DNA of 62,955 bases, from the NCBI RefSeq assembly GCF_004010195.1, contig NC_057711.1, positions 74,220,870 to 74,283,824 of the forward strand, given 5' to 3'. The stretch is from Chiloscyllium plagiosum. Lineage: Eukaryota. Both the position numbers and the translations under genes were made by a program. Each line of letters starts with the position of its first letter. Within the stretch, counting starts at the first letter, position 1. Shown here piece by piece: positions 11,532-22,746 of the stretch. The notes under the pieces are model-generated. The model saw only the letters and a program-made list of their open reading frames with translations, did not search any database and was not told where the DNA came from.

Positions 11532-12000
11532 TAGATACTTAATAGAGACACTACCACTGTACCACAACAAACCCTAAAGAAGCACTTTTAGATATTTTCT
11601 AATCAACCTGTTCAGAGTTGTTATTACACACCCCTAGAGCAGACCTGTTGGACCAGAGGTAGGGACACTGTCACTGCACCACAAGAAACTTTGAAGGAGA
11701 AATTTGAGATATATGAACCTACCTGTAGAGATGTGTTATAATACACCTTTGGAGCAAGTGAGACTTGACCTTGGGTTTTCCGACCTCTAGTAAGTGACAC
11801 TATCACTATGCAACAACTGCTCTCTTTAACAGACATTCAGCAATGTTTTTGCAGGAAGCTGAGACCCATTTATTTCCCAGGATTTTCGTGTTCCCATTTA
11901 TACCTGTAGATATTTGAAATTTATCTGTTCAGCGATTTTATACACATCCTACAAACAGGGGAGACCATGACCACTGCGGCACAAGAAATCCTGAAGGAGA
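11532..12000 (-). repeat. Head-to-tail array of four degenerate tRNA-like SINE units
   Basis: Repeated TAGATATTTTCTAATCAACCTGTTCAGAG...AGAGGTAGGGACACT..CACTGCACCACAAGA. The minus strand has an A box (TGGTGCAGTGA) and B-box remnants. Confidence 0.7.
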
Positions 12001-12271
12001 AGATTTATTGTAAACATTGTAACTGTTTTCATATACAAAATTTCCTTGTTCTTCAGTTTACCTGTCATCACATTTTGGCAGTGAAACTGGCAGGTAAGGA
12101 CCTTCTGACAGATCTACTTATGCTCTTTTTGTGGAGCTGTTATTAGTGATGAGTTACTTTTACAGAATAGACTGCCTTGCCTGATTGTCCATCATGTCAT
12201 GGAATGGGAAAATACATAGCTTCAAATAGTTTTTATTTTCCACCATTGCAAATCATATGGCAAATCTGAGA

Positions 12272-12570
12272 CTTTTTCTTTTATTTATTCCTTAGATGTG
12301 GATGTTACTGGCTGGGTCAGCATTTATTGCCCATCCCAAATTTCAAAGAAAGTGGTAGTGAGGTTCTTTCTTGAATTGCCAAGGTCCTTTAGATGTAGGG
12401 GCTCTGTTATGTTAGGAATTTGACAGTGAAAGAGAAGCCATGTCTCTGCATTTCCAAGCCAGGATGATGTGTGACTTGTAGGAGTGCTTGCAAGTAGTTG
12501 TGTTCCCATTGCATCTACTCTTATTGTCTTTCTAGGTCATGGGTTTGGAGGTGCTGCCCAAGGAGTGTTG
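12272..12570 (-). mobile_element. Ancient LINE 3' end
   Basis: GCATTTATTGCCCATCCC tail motif plus upstream sequence shared with 47935-48300 and 62095-62300. Confidence 0.7.
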
Positions 12571-15249
12571 TTGACTGACACTGCTAAGTGCAAAGCTGAC
12601 ATACTGGGAATGTATAGTCGGCTCTCAATCCTAGGAGAGACCTCAGTCCATGTATCTCTGCCTACTATTATGTGAATAATTGTGCTTTCCTCTCTTAATT
12701 CGAGAAGAGCAAAGACAGAAAGACTAAATACTATATTTATAAAATACTTGGATTGTTTGAGTTTTTATTAAGTCCAGTCCCACGTTGGACTATAGTGATA
12801 CTCAACTTGGCAGAGTCTGAATGGTGCATGTGAACATTCTGAAATTGAGGTATTGGAGTTATTGTTTGATTTTTTTTTGGATCAAGGATGGACATTTTCT
12901 GTCATGTAAATATGGCTTTGGTAGCAATGCAGTAAGAATAACTCCAAGAAAATTCTCAGTCTCTAGCCTTGATTCTTTAGTTATTTTATCCTGTCCTTTG
13001 TACACCTTAATGGAAGTTACATTATTGTTGCAGTTTGAGCAGTTCTGTTTGAAAATATGTGTTCAGTTTTAGGAAGAAAAGACTTCAGTCCCAATATTTT
13101 TTTCTTGTCCCAATCCTGGAGCTAGTCAGAAAGATAAGTTAAACTTGTCTGTAATTTTAGATACAGGTCAACATTCAACATACTCAAATTTTAGGCTTGC
13201 AGTAGTAATAATGGGTGCTGACCATTGAACAATGTGGCTGTTGTCCAACCACAACGCCAAGAATGTCTCCAACTCCAAATTCCTAACCTTCCTATGGGCT
13301 CCAACAGATCCACTAAGCCCCAACTGGGATCTTCCTATCTAAAGGCAATGGTTGTAAGATTTGATATATGCTTCCAATGGATGCTTACCACCATGTTCCT
13401 GAACAAAATATGTCCATTAATTCATGGATTCAGCTATCTGCCCTTAAGGGCATATTCCAGAAATGTCTGAATAACACACAGGTTAGAGGTCTGATGCACA
13501 AGTGCCTACCCTTTCTCTTGCTTTGCACCTGACAACTGACCATTTTTGCTCAGTTGCAAAGAAAGTAAAGCCTTCCCTTCCTTATCTACAATATGTTTAT
13601 ATCACTAATTATATTGAATTTGAAAATGTTTTTGAGTTTATTTTTAAATCAGATTTGCAGCATGCAGAATATGTTTTTCACATATTTATTTAAATTCAAA
13701 TGTAAATGTTGTGCAGTTACATTCCCTACTAAGAACTGTCACTTTGATGTAATCTAAATGTTGATATTGAGTGTAAAATGCTATTTGTATTAACATATTT
13801 TTGTCGCTGAGGCAGAAACTTGAAAGTACATTCACGAAACAAGTGGAAAAAAATGTGATTGAAACAGGTGCACCTTTATTTCATATTTATGAGAAAGATT
13901 GTGTTCTGACTCCAAGCCTTAACATAAGGGTGGGGCATATGTTCCAGGAACCTGATCCATGTATATTAAGTAATACATTCTTGCAACAGCTGCATTTGTA
14001 ATAAACCACAATGTCATCATTGTTAACAAGCATTAACCAAAGTGCTCTAGAAGGAGAAATTGTGCTTTTTGTGCCAATACAAACATAAAAGGTAGATGGT
14101 ACTATAACAAATACTTTGGATGATATCTTGGACACTTTCTTTCTTTCAAAGACAAACTTCCTTCTTTCATTGAAAATAATCCAGTCACCATGCCATAACT
14201 CCAGTTCTATTGACATTGAATTTAATATTTAATTTGATCCTAGCTGTTAAATTTCTTTTACACTTGGAAGTCTGGTCAGGTTTCTGGGAATTAAGTTTAA
14301 GAATAACAAGTGTTTATAAACATATTTAATATGATCTGATGAAGTTGGTTCTCACTGTATGATACCATTCTATTCCTAGATGTTTAGCACACAGTGAGAT
14401 TTGGTAATAGGAACCTCACTATGATCCATAGGGTGACAATAGCAGGTAAGGTGGAATCTCAGAAAAACTACAGATAAGACTATGTCATTGTAATAATCCA
14501 ATATAAATACACATTGATCTAATGGTTGTATTCAATTCCAGTTTACTAACAAATTGGTACATTTCAATGTCTCACACAAGCAAATTCTTCCATAGCCAAA
14601 CCTTGCACTGGAGATTTGTAGAGAAAGCAACTTTAACTAAAGAAAATTACTCTTGACAATATTAGCACAGCAATATTTTGTTTTATTTTCACATGAAATT
14701 TCTTTGCGTTTTAGCATATTATTAACTCATTTACATTTTCAGCTTATGAAAACAGCAAAAAGGAATATCAACTTAATGTATTAAATATGAATCTACTAAT
14801 ATTGCCAATGGCCATTTCTTGGTTAATGTGTTATCTTTTTACTAGAGGGTTTTGTTTTTCCTTCCTGTAGTACATTTTTGTAGAATTATACAACTGTGGC
14901 TAATCTGTTTCCTGTATCTGTATTAAGTAACTTTCCTAAAGAAGGTATTTACGAGTCAGGAACTGTGGGAAGAAGCAGCTTCAATTTTGCAAGGCAACAA
15001 GTCAATAATTGGGCACAAGTCAGAACAAATTCATTTCTTTCAGTTTGATAAACTGCAAAATATTTGGAACAACCATTGAAACTTGTGTTAAAAAAGGAGG
15101 CAATTTATGTCCATGCTTTGCACCTTGGTAGAGTGCTGGTCTCCACCTCACTCTAAAGAGAGTTATTCTTTGTGCCAAGAATACTTTTAGTGAACTAATG
15201 TCCTTTATTTTTTGTTTCTCACAATCACTGTGACCATTTTCATTTTTTA

Positions 15250-15860
15250 AGATCACAAACATTTGCAGCATCCTTAAAGAAGAATTGCTTCCACTGAAAC
15301 TAGCGACCACACCTTGCCGGTTACTGTGGAAGATACCATCGGCCCTGTATTTCTTTGCCACTGGATTTTTCCAGTGCACTAATGGAGAGTTCTTGAGAGG
15401 CCAGGTTTGTATTCATGAGGGGTGACTAAGCCTGAATCAAATGATACGTTTCCTGTCTGGTGATGTATTCAGGAAACATCTATTTGAAAATAAAAGCCAA
15501 AATAGCAGCCCCCTTCCTACCTGCAGCCCTCAAGTTCACTGAGGCATTGATGTTTTATGCTCCTGGATTGTTCTAGCAGTCAGATGTTCGGCATCTTCCA
15601 GTCATCAATCCATCATGAAATCACTAGGCCATGGATTCCTCTGTTTTGGAGGACTACTTGGGTTTACATCCATCTTGACAGAATGAGGTCGGTACAGGCA
15701 CAGAAGAGATTAGGCTTTCTTGCCATCGGTAGATCTTTCAGATCCAAGGGTCATTAATTGCACCGCTGTAGTCGTCAAGGTACTGACAGAACAGCGAACT
15801 AGATTCCTGAAAAGAAAAGTCTTCATCCTTCCACATATCCCACTGCCAGTGCCTTTAAGC
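15250..15860 (+). pseudogene. PIF/Harbinger DDE transposase relic (two partly overlapping N-terminal copies)
   Basis: Frameshifted ITNICSILKEELLP..DHTLPVTV..ALYFFATGFFQ (15252-15390). Then LPAALKFTEALMFYAPGLF*..GIFQSSIH..LGFLAIG..RVINCTAVVVK..RFLKRKVF (15515-15825). These resemble Harbinger motifs ALxFxAxGxFQ, GISQS, GxIDCTH and NRKGF. Confidence 0.7.
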
Positions 15861-16999
15861 TGCTATTAGTCAGGCAACACGTGTCTAAATGATGCAGTCC
15901 GAAGTTAAGTTTGCTGGATCTAGACCAGCTCAAGGGTCTACTACAAGGTTATCTGCAGTGATGCACCATTGAAATCAACAGCTTTTCAACAGTCACACAA
16001 GAGTCACTGAGGTGTCATTGCAGCAGATCATTAGGCTGTAATAGTTACTAAGGTAAATTCAGAGGGATGATTAGTTAAGTTTTGCATGAAACATTAGAAT
16101 GTTTGTTTCTATGCGCAGTTAAGGAGTTGTTTAACGGAGATATTTTTTTCCCTCCATTTTAAACATGAGTACATTGCAATAGTCAGTGACAGAGGGAATC
16201 CAAGATGTGGAACTGTGGAGATTTCAGGTTGTGTTCAGTGGAATGGTGATGATCATGATCAGCCCAGCTGTATCAGACATCCCATCATACTCCCCCTCTT
16301 TCCGAGATATTTGGTGTATCTCTAGTGGCAAGAGCTGTTCACTCATGGCAGCAATATATTGGCCACTGCAGACTATGCAAAATCATGACAGACAATCCAG
16401 CAAATTACTGTAGAGCCCCACTGGAGTCATTCAGATAGCAGAATCCTAGCTTGCAAACTGTAATGGCCTGCTCTCTAGTGTTTTGTGTGGCAGTAGGGAT
16501 CTTTTTGTATATATGCTATGTACCTTCAGTTGTGGAACAAAGTCATGAACATCCAGCTGCCACCCTTTTTGCTTTGATGTTGTGACTGAAATACTGAGGG
16601 ACCAACAGACTGCTGCGAAAATGTTGAATCATGAACATTATCAGGATAATGGACATTCACCTGATAATAACCAAGTCCTTCTGCAAGTTCAGACTGAGTG
16701 CATGGAAATTAATTGGCAGCTAACATGGATGCGGGTACTGCTCCCTTAAATAGCATTGGTGGAGGCTTCTCCCTGCTGCTGCTGAAACCTATTCATTAGT
16801 TTGAGTCTGTTTTTGTGATTGTGTTTGTGACAAGGGTGAAACAGCAGCCAAGTGTCAAATCAGCTTTGCATATTGACCCTTGTCATGCCCTGCACACTCT
16901 ACATACTTCTGGTACATCCACTAACATCATCTTATGCTTCTGACCACCCTGCATTGACAATGGCTAAGACTGGGTCAGAAATGTGCATTCAGTGCCATA

Positions 17000-17430
17000 A
17001 CTATGGACATTACAGAGACTAATTTGGAGGTCTTAATCTCCAGTTAGAACAAATTTTCTTTTGCAAAAGAATATCTTAGTCTCTGAATGAATATATTCTC
17101 TCAATTTGTTGCTGCTATATCTGAGGTCTGTATTCATTTCCCTTTCGAGTTTAAAGTTTTTTTTTGTTCCTCAATTTTAACCATAGAGCTTCTACTTTTG
17201 CTTCCCGTTACCTATATCTTTTCTTACTGTTGTTGTAATTGTGTATTTAATCAGCAACAGTCTTCCTTCCCTTTCAGTTTTCCTATCCTTTCTAAACAAT
17301 TTATAAAACTGACTATTTAACCCACATTCATGACCAACCTGCAGCCTGAAATATTCAATAAATGTCAGAGATATTTTTAATCCTGTCACCAGGCACCTGT
17401 AAACTCTCAGTCTGCCTATCTCTGATTGAC
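17000..17430 (-). mobile_element. CR1 endonuclease fragment
   Basis: ORF 17192-17503: YKLFRKDRKTEREGRLLLIKYTITTTVRKDIG, a degenerate APE endonuclease block. Confidence 0.65.
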
Positions 17431-17784
17431 AGTAACACAGATTTACTTCCAGCTTCCTCCTCCACATCTTTGAGCTGCACAGTTTGAGGCAGACCACCTC
17501 CACTCTTTTCCCTTTCTCTTATGTTTTGTATTTTCTTTCCCTACAATGGATGTTAAAGCAGACCTATGAGCAAGTTACACTCTCATATTCACCCCAAGAA
17601 TGCAATGCATTTGGTGAGGGTTTCTATCAAACAAATGGAGAACATCGCATGAGGAGCAAAGAAAATTGCAGTGCTAGTTGCATACAATCTGGATATTGCT
17701 CAGGTTTTACTGGATTTGGAGTTAGACTGCTGCAGAATCTAAATGGTACAATGTGCAATCAAAAGCAAAAATCTGCACTTTATG

Positions 17785-17897
17785 CTACTCGTTGATGAAG
17801 CTGCTAAAGATATTTGGGCCCAGGAACTCCTGCAGAGATGTCTGGGATCTGAGATAACTAACCTCCAACAATCACAACCATCTTCCTTTGTATCAGG
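17785..17897 (-). mobile_element. Ancient LINE RT fragment
   Basis: Minus strand QRKMVVIVGG...DISAGVP..GPNIFSSFIN. Same family as 22340-22620. Confidence 0.6.
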
Positions 17898-20034
17898 TTC
17901 AGGCGTTCCTCGGGAAGAATTTCCTCAAGTGGTATGTCCAGGTCAAGAGCAGAGAGGTGTATTCAAACAGTCCCTAAAATTATCTCACCTCGTCAGAACA
18001 TGAGGAAGATGTGGTAATGTGAACAGCACAGTGGTACCCAGAAAGTGGATATCACAGAGGTGAAATTATAACCACTTCCTAAAAGGTTTCGTGAAATAGC
18101 AATCCCCATCTTGTGCAATGAAGAGGAGCCAGATTTTAAAATAGACATCTGTCGATAGAAGATATTAGAGGGCGATTGTTTCCGAGATACCAATACTCAC
18201 TACCCACATTGAGAAGGTAGCATTTCCCTCAAGACCATGGGAGAATGAAGCCAATGCTCACTAGAAACCTATCTCCACTTCACCAAGGAACACGACACCA
18301 TCTGCAGCAGTAATACAATGCTTTCCATTCCAGCTGCTCTCTTGGTTCATTTTGTTCTGAAAGAGACCTGGAAACAACGTAAGGCAACAGTCCCGTTCTA
18401 CACATTGGGCTCCCATAGAGACAGGAAGCAATTGCTAGAATATGACCAGACCCCCAATTTAATTATTAGGAAAGGGCTTTTAAAGAAAAAAAAACTTCCA
18501 ATGGATTTAGCTAATATGTGATGAGAAGCATCACCAGGAGCTCATCATTAATCATTTATTACAAGCCAATTTAATCATGCTAATTTCAGTAACTCAAAAC
18601 CACCCGTCAGGATATTGATTATTGATATCCCATAGAGTCATGGCAGTCCAGCACAGCATCTACTGGCCAGCAGGGGAGCAACACATATACTAAGATTAAT
18701 GGGAATATTTTAAAAAAAAGATACAGCAGAGTGTTTGCATTGTGAAACTTTGCTTTAGGTGCCTGAGTAAATCAGTTGAAACAAAGTGACACAGTGCAGC
18801 AAGAATTTCCTGAATTACTGTGGCTTGCTGTAAGCTGGACAACATCACAGTGCAGAAAGGAATCCTTCTTCCTGAAGCTGAGGACGATGTCCATGAAGAA
18901 GCTAATGTACTTATTCAATAAATTAATTGTCTATGTTAACAAATATTCCTAAGTGATGAGCGGAGACTGGCTTCAATGAGATGAATCTTACTTCATTGAA
19001 GCAGTTGGTTCTGCTTGACAGATGTTTTCATGCAGTGTCAAAGCCTGGGTTGGATGCCCTTCTTTTCGGACTTTTTAAGAGATTTCTTTTATGTAATATT
19101 GACAAGCTATAGCCCTGAGGGTTATAAGCATCTCACATTTGTTGTATGATTCACAAATATAGTTTGGAAAGGGGACTCTGTCATTTCAATATAGCTCTGG
19201 CATATGGGAAGGAAATATTATTTTGCTTGAACTAATCATGTATTTCTTCTGGAAGGAACTGTTAGAGATACCAGCTTCACACACAGACTGTTCCCAGCAA
19301 GAAACATGCTCAGCAACTCTGATCAATATGGGGGTTAGTTTGATTTAGGCCAACCGGCTTCACATTCATGGGAGCAGTCATCAATGAAAGTCTGGAAGCT
19401 TCTGACGTCCTTAGTGCTTTGTCCTGGTGTCTTGGCCTCTTGGAAAATGCCTGGAATTCCCAGATCGCAGAGTATAGGTTGCAGGTTATCAGAACGGATT
19501 TGGCTGTTTAAAATTACCAACGTGCCTGTTAATGATTCATCCAGCCAATATTCAACACTTGCTGCCATACTTAGGTGTTAAAGGTCCCTATAGGCAGGTG
19601 GGTAGGTAAGAGGAATGAATATTAGGATGCTAGGCTTGTGAGGCCAATAAGGTATCCAGTTAATAAAGGGCATAGAAAACCAGTGGATGAGGTGGATAGG
19701 TACACCGTTGGTTTGCAGGGCTAGAAAGGGGGCCAGTTCCTGCAGGGTTGGGTCGTGAGAATGTTGGGGGAGTTTTGGTCCTGTGGAGTGATGGTATAGG
19801 GTAGGAGTTTGTGTCAGTTCCAGGAGGGTTTGGTCATCAGGATGGTGGATGGTGGGAGTTGGGTGCTGTACTTGAGTCAGGCTGGGGAGTGGGTTGGGGT
19901 CAGGTCCTCCTGCACAGCAGTTAGTTTGGATTGAGTCTTAGAGAGCTAGACCATACAAGTGATGCAGAGTTTGATCAGGTTGGGTAAGATGATCAGTGAG
20001 GTCAGTGGTTGATGGTGTTGTGTCCAACAGGGTT

Positions 20035-20115
20035 GGGCTGGGTGAGGAGTAAGTATCAAGTCTTGGAATGCCGGGCTGGGTGAGGAGTAAGTATCAAGTC
20101 TTGGAATGCCGGGCT
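20035..20115. repeat. Perfect 38-bp tandem duplication
   Basis: GGGCTGGGTGAGGAGTAAGTATCAAGTCTTGGAATGCC at 20035-20072 and 20073-20110, plus GGGCT. Confidence 0.95.
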
Positions 20116-20344
20116 CGGGAAAGAGTTAGGTTTGGATATGGAGAGCTGTGGGGTAAACACTGGGATTGGCCCTGAGGGTTTGTAGGGGTTGAGGGAATCT
20201 AGTTGGACGTTCATTCAGTGGTGAGTTAGGGTATCAGTTTAATAGTTACCAAGGCATTAGAATTGGCTTTTGATACCTTAGCTTTTCTTGGTTGGCTATT
20301 AAGCTTAGGTGAGTCAGAGGCCTCAGAATCCTCAAACTTTAAGG

Positions 20345-21515
20345 GGCGTCTTCTGAGGGTTATAAAGGAGGAATATAAAGAAAGAAAACAGGAAATAATT
20401 CAAGCAGACATTAGGAGAGCAAGAAGGGACCATGAAATGACCTTGGCAAGTTGAGTTAAAGAGAATTCCAAGGCATTTTATAAATACAGTAAAAACACGA
20501 GAATAACTGGGGAGAAGGCAGGACCACTCGGGGATAAAGGAGGGAACTTGTGCTTGGAGGCAGAGGATGTGGGTGAGATCCTAAATGAGTGCTTTGTGTC
20601 GGTATTCACCCAGGAGACAAATATAGAGGTTAGTGAGATTTGTGTGGATCATGCTAATTTGCATGGGTATTTTGAGATCAAGAAAGAGTTGGGTCTCTTG
20701 AAGAGTATTAAGGTGGATAAATACCCAGCACCCGATGGTATCCACCCCAGTTATTGAGGGAGGAAAGATAGGAGATTACTGGGGCTTTAACCAAGATCTT
20801 TGTATCCTCACTCGTCATTGGAGTGTTCCCGGAAAACTGGTGAGTAGCTAATGTTGTTCCTTGGCTCAAGAAGGGAAATAGGGATAATCCTGGCAACTAT
20901 AGACCAGTAAGTCTCACATTGGTGGGAAGCTATAGATGAGAACTCTTAGTGACAGAATTTGGAAAAGCATGGCCTAAATAGGGACAGTCAACATGGCTTT
21001 GTGCAGGGCAGGTCATATTTTATTAACTTGACTGAATATTTCGAGGAGGTGACAAAGTTGATTGATGCAGGTAGAGCAGTAAATGCTGTCTACATGGATT
21101 TTGATAAAGTCCCTCATGGTAGGTTCATCCTGAAGATTAAGATGCATGGGATCCCCAGTGACTTGGCAATGTAGATTCAGAATTGGCTTGCCACTGAAGA
21201 CAGAGGGTAGTGGTGGAAGGGTGTTTTTCAGGTTGGGACTCCGTGACTATTGGTGTTCCGCAGGGATCCACACTGTTTGTGACGTGCACAAATGATTTGG
21301 ATGAAAATGTAGATGGGCAGGCTAGTAAGTTTGCAGACGATATAAAGATCGGTGGAGTTCTGGACAGTGTAAAATCATGTCAAAGGATACAGTGGGATAA
21401 AGATCATTTGCATTTATGGGCAGAGAAATGGCAGATGGAGTTTAATCTGGGTAAGTGTGAGTGGCTGCATTTTGGGAGATAGAATGTTAAGAAGAAGTAT
21501 ACAGTTAATGGTGGG
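20345..21515 (+). mobile_element. CR1 LINE ORF2 fragment
   Basis: EILNECFVSVFT, KYPAPDGIHP, SQHGFVQGRS, GVPQG, KFADDIK, WAEKWQMEFN. Confidence 0.9.
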
Positions 21516-22339
21516 GTTCCAGACACAAAAGAAGCGTCCATTGGAAAATTCAAGTTCTTAGCCAATTCCCATGAAGTCAGCTACATTAGCAAGTCTGCGT
21601 GTAACTTCAGTCTGTGCTACTCTAATAATTATTTGGCACATGGAGTATCTGGACAATTACTACCTCCTGGTTGGGTTTCTTTGATGGGTGAATATACCAA
21701 ATTTCATTATAACTTCATTTGTATAGTCAAATGCAGAAAATACACTTACCCTCTGACCTGAGATGCATTTGTCCCATTCACATTGCAAACAAATCATTAA
21801 TCTGACAGAACAGAGAAGATACTTTAGCTCTGAAACCTGCTAGTTTCTTCATGATTGACCTTAATAACAAATTACTATTCAATGTTCACTTCTGAGAAAG
21901 GTTTGTGTGATGTTTAGGTGTAGAAATGAATTAGTGCATCATTTAATGACATGAAATGAGCAAAGTAGCTAAAGAGCTCAAAGAGTGCAAACACCATAGG
22001 ATCTTCCATAATCAGTTCAGGGATTTCACCTTAATAACTGGGCAAGCTCCCAGTTTATTTTCATCTTCTAACGTAGCCCACATTCATTTGAGCTGACCAG
22101 CATGCTGGCAGTAGGCATCAGGTGACTTATGGAAAAGTCAGTAGGGCAGTTATGGAAGGCAGTGATTGTGGACCAGCAGCAGCCTGTAGGATTAATGTAA
22201 AGGTAGGAGAATATAATCTAAGGATAGAATGACAATATCCAGCTGCTTTGCTGAATCATGTGTTCCAGAGCCTTCTGTGTGAGTCATATCCTGTCCACAA
22301 ATAAGCAAGACCCAATCCAGCCAAATTACCCCCCCATCA

Positions 22340-22620
22340 GAGATCAATAAAGTTATTGTAATTGTCATCCAATAAGTGATCAATCAGGTCTCAGCAAAAA
22401 ATTAATTTGTGTTTTGTCAGGATCACAAGGCTCTTGACTTCATTACAGCCTTTGTCCTAACATGGACAAAAAGGTTGAGCTTTAGTGTGAGGTGAGTGAC
22501 TGCCCTTGACATCAAAGCACCATTTGACTGAGTTTGGCACTGAGGATCCATAGCCAAACTGAAGTCAATGGGAATTGGGGGAAAATTATTTACTAGTTGG
22601 AATCATACCCGGCACAAAAG
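22340..22620 (+). mobile_element. Ancient CR1/L2-group LINE RT fragment (target of the Penelope insertion)
   Basis: VTALDIKAPFD*VWH*GSIAKLKSMGIGGK...LESYPAQKK. Confidence 0.7.
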
Positions 22621-22704
22621 AAGATTATTATGGGTTTTGAGAAGATTTATAGCTCAGGTTGAGGTTTTGGATGTAGATTTGCTCGTTGAGCTGAAAGGTT
22701 CATT

Positions 22705-22746
22705 TCCAGATGTTTTGTTACCTTACTAAGTAACATCTTCAGTGGA
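22705..22746 (-). ncRNA. Hammerhead motif in the Penelope pLTR (CpG-decayed)
   Basis: TCCA-CTGAAGA-T-GTTAC...GTAAC-AAAA-CATC-TGGA, with GAAA changed to AAAA. Confidence 0.55.

Noticed and set aside
15020..15379. 119-aa minus-strand ORF as a gene
   Set aside because: No recognisable domain, and it overlaps the plus-strand Harbinger relic.
17995..18090. Gypsy gag zinc-knuckle remnant (T*GRCGN...NYNHF)
   Set aside because: Too degenerate, with no LTR, protease or RT nearby.
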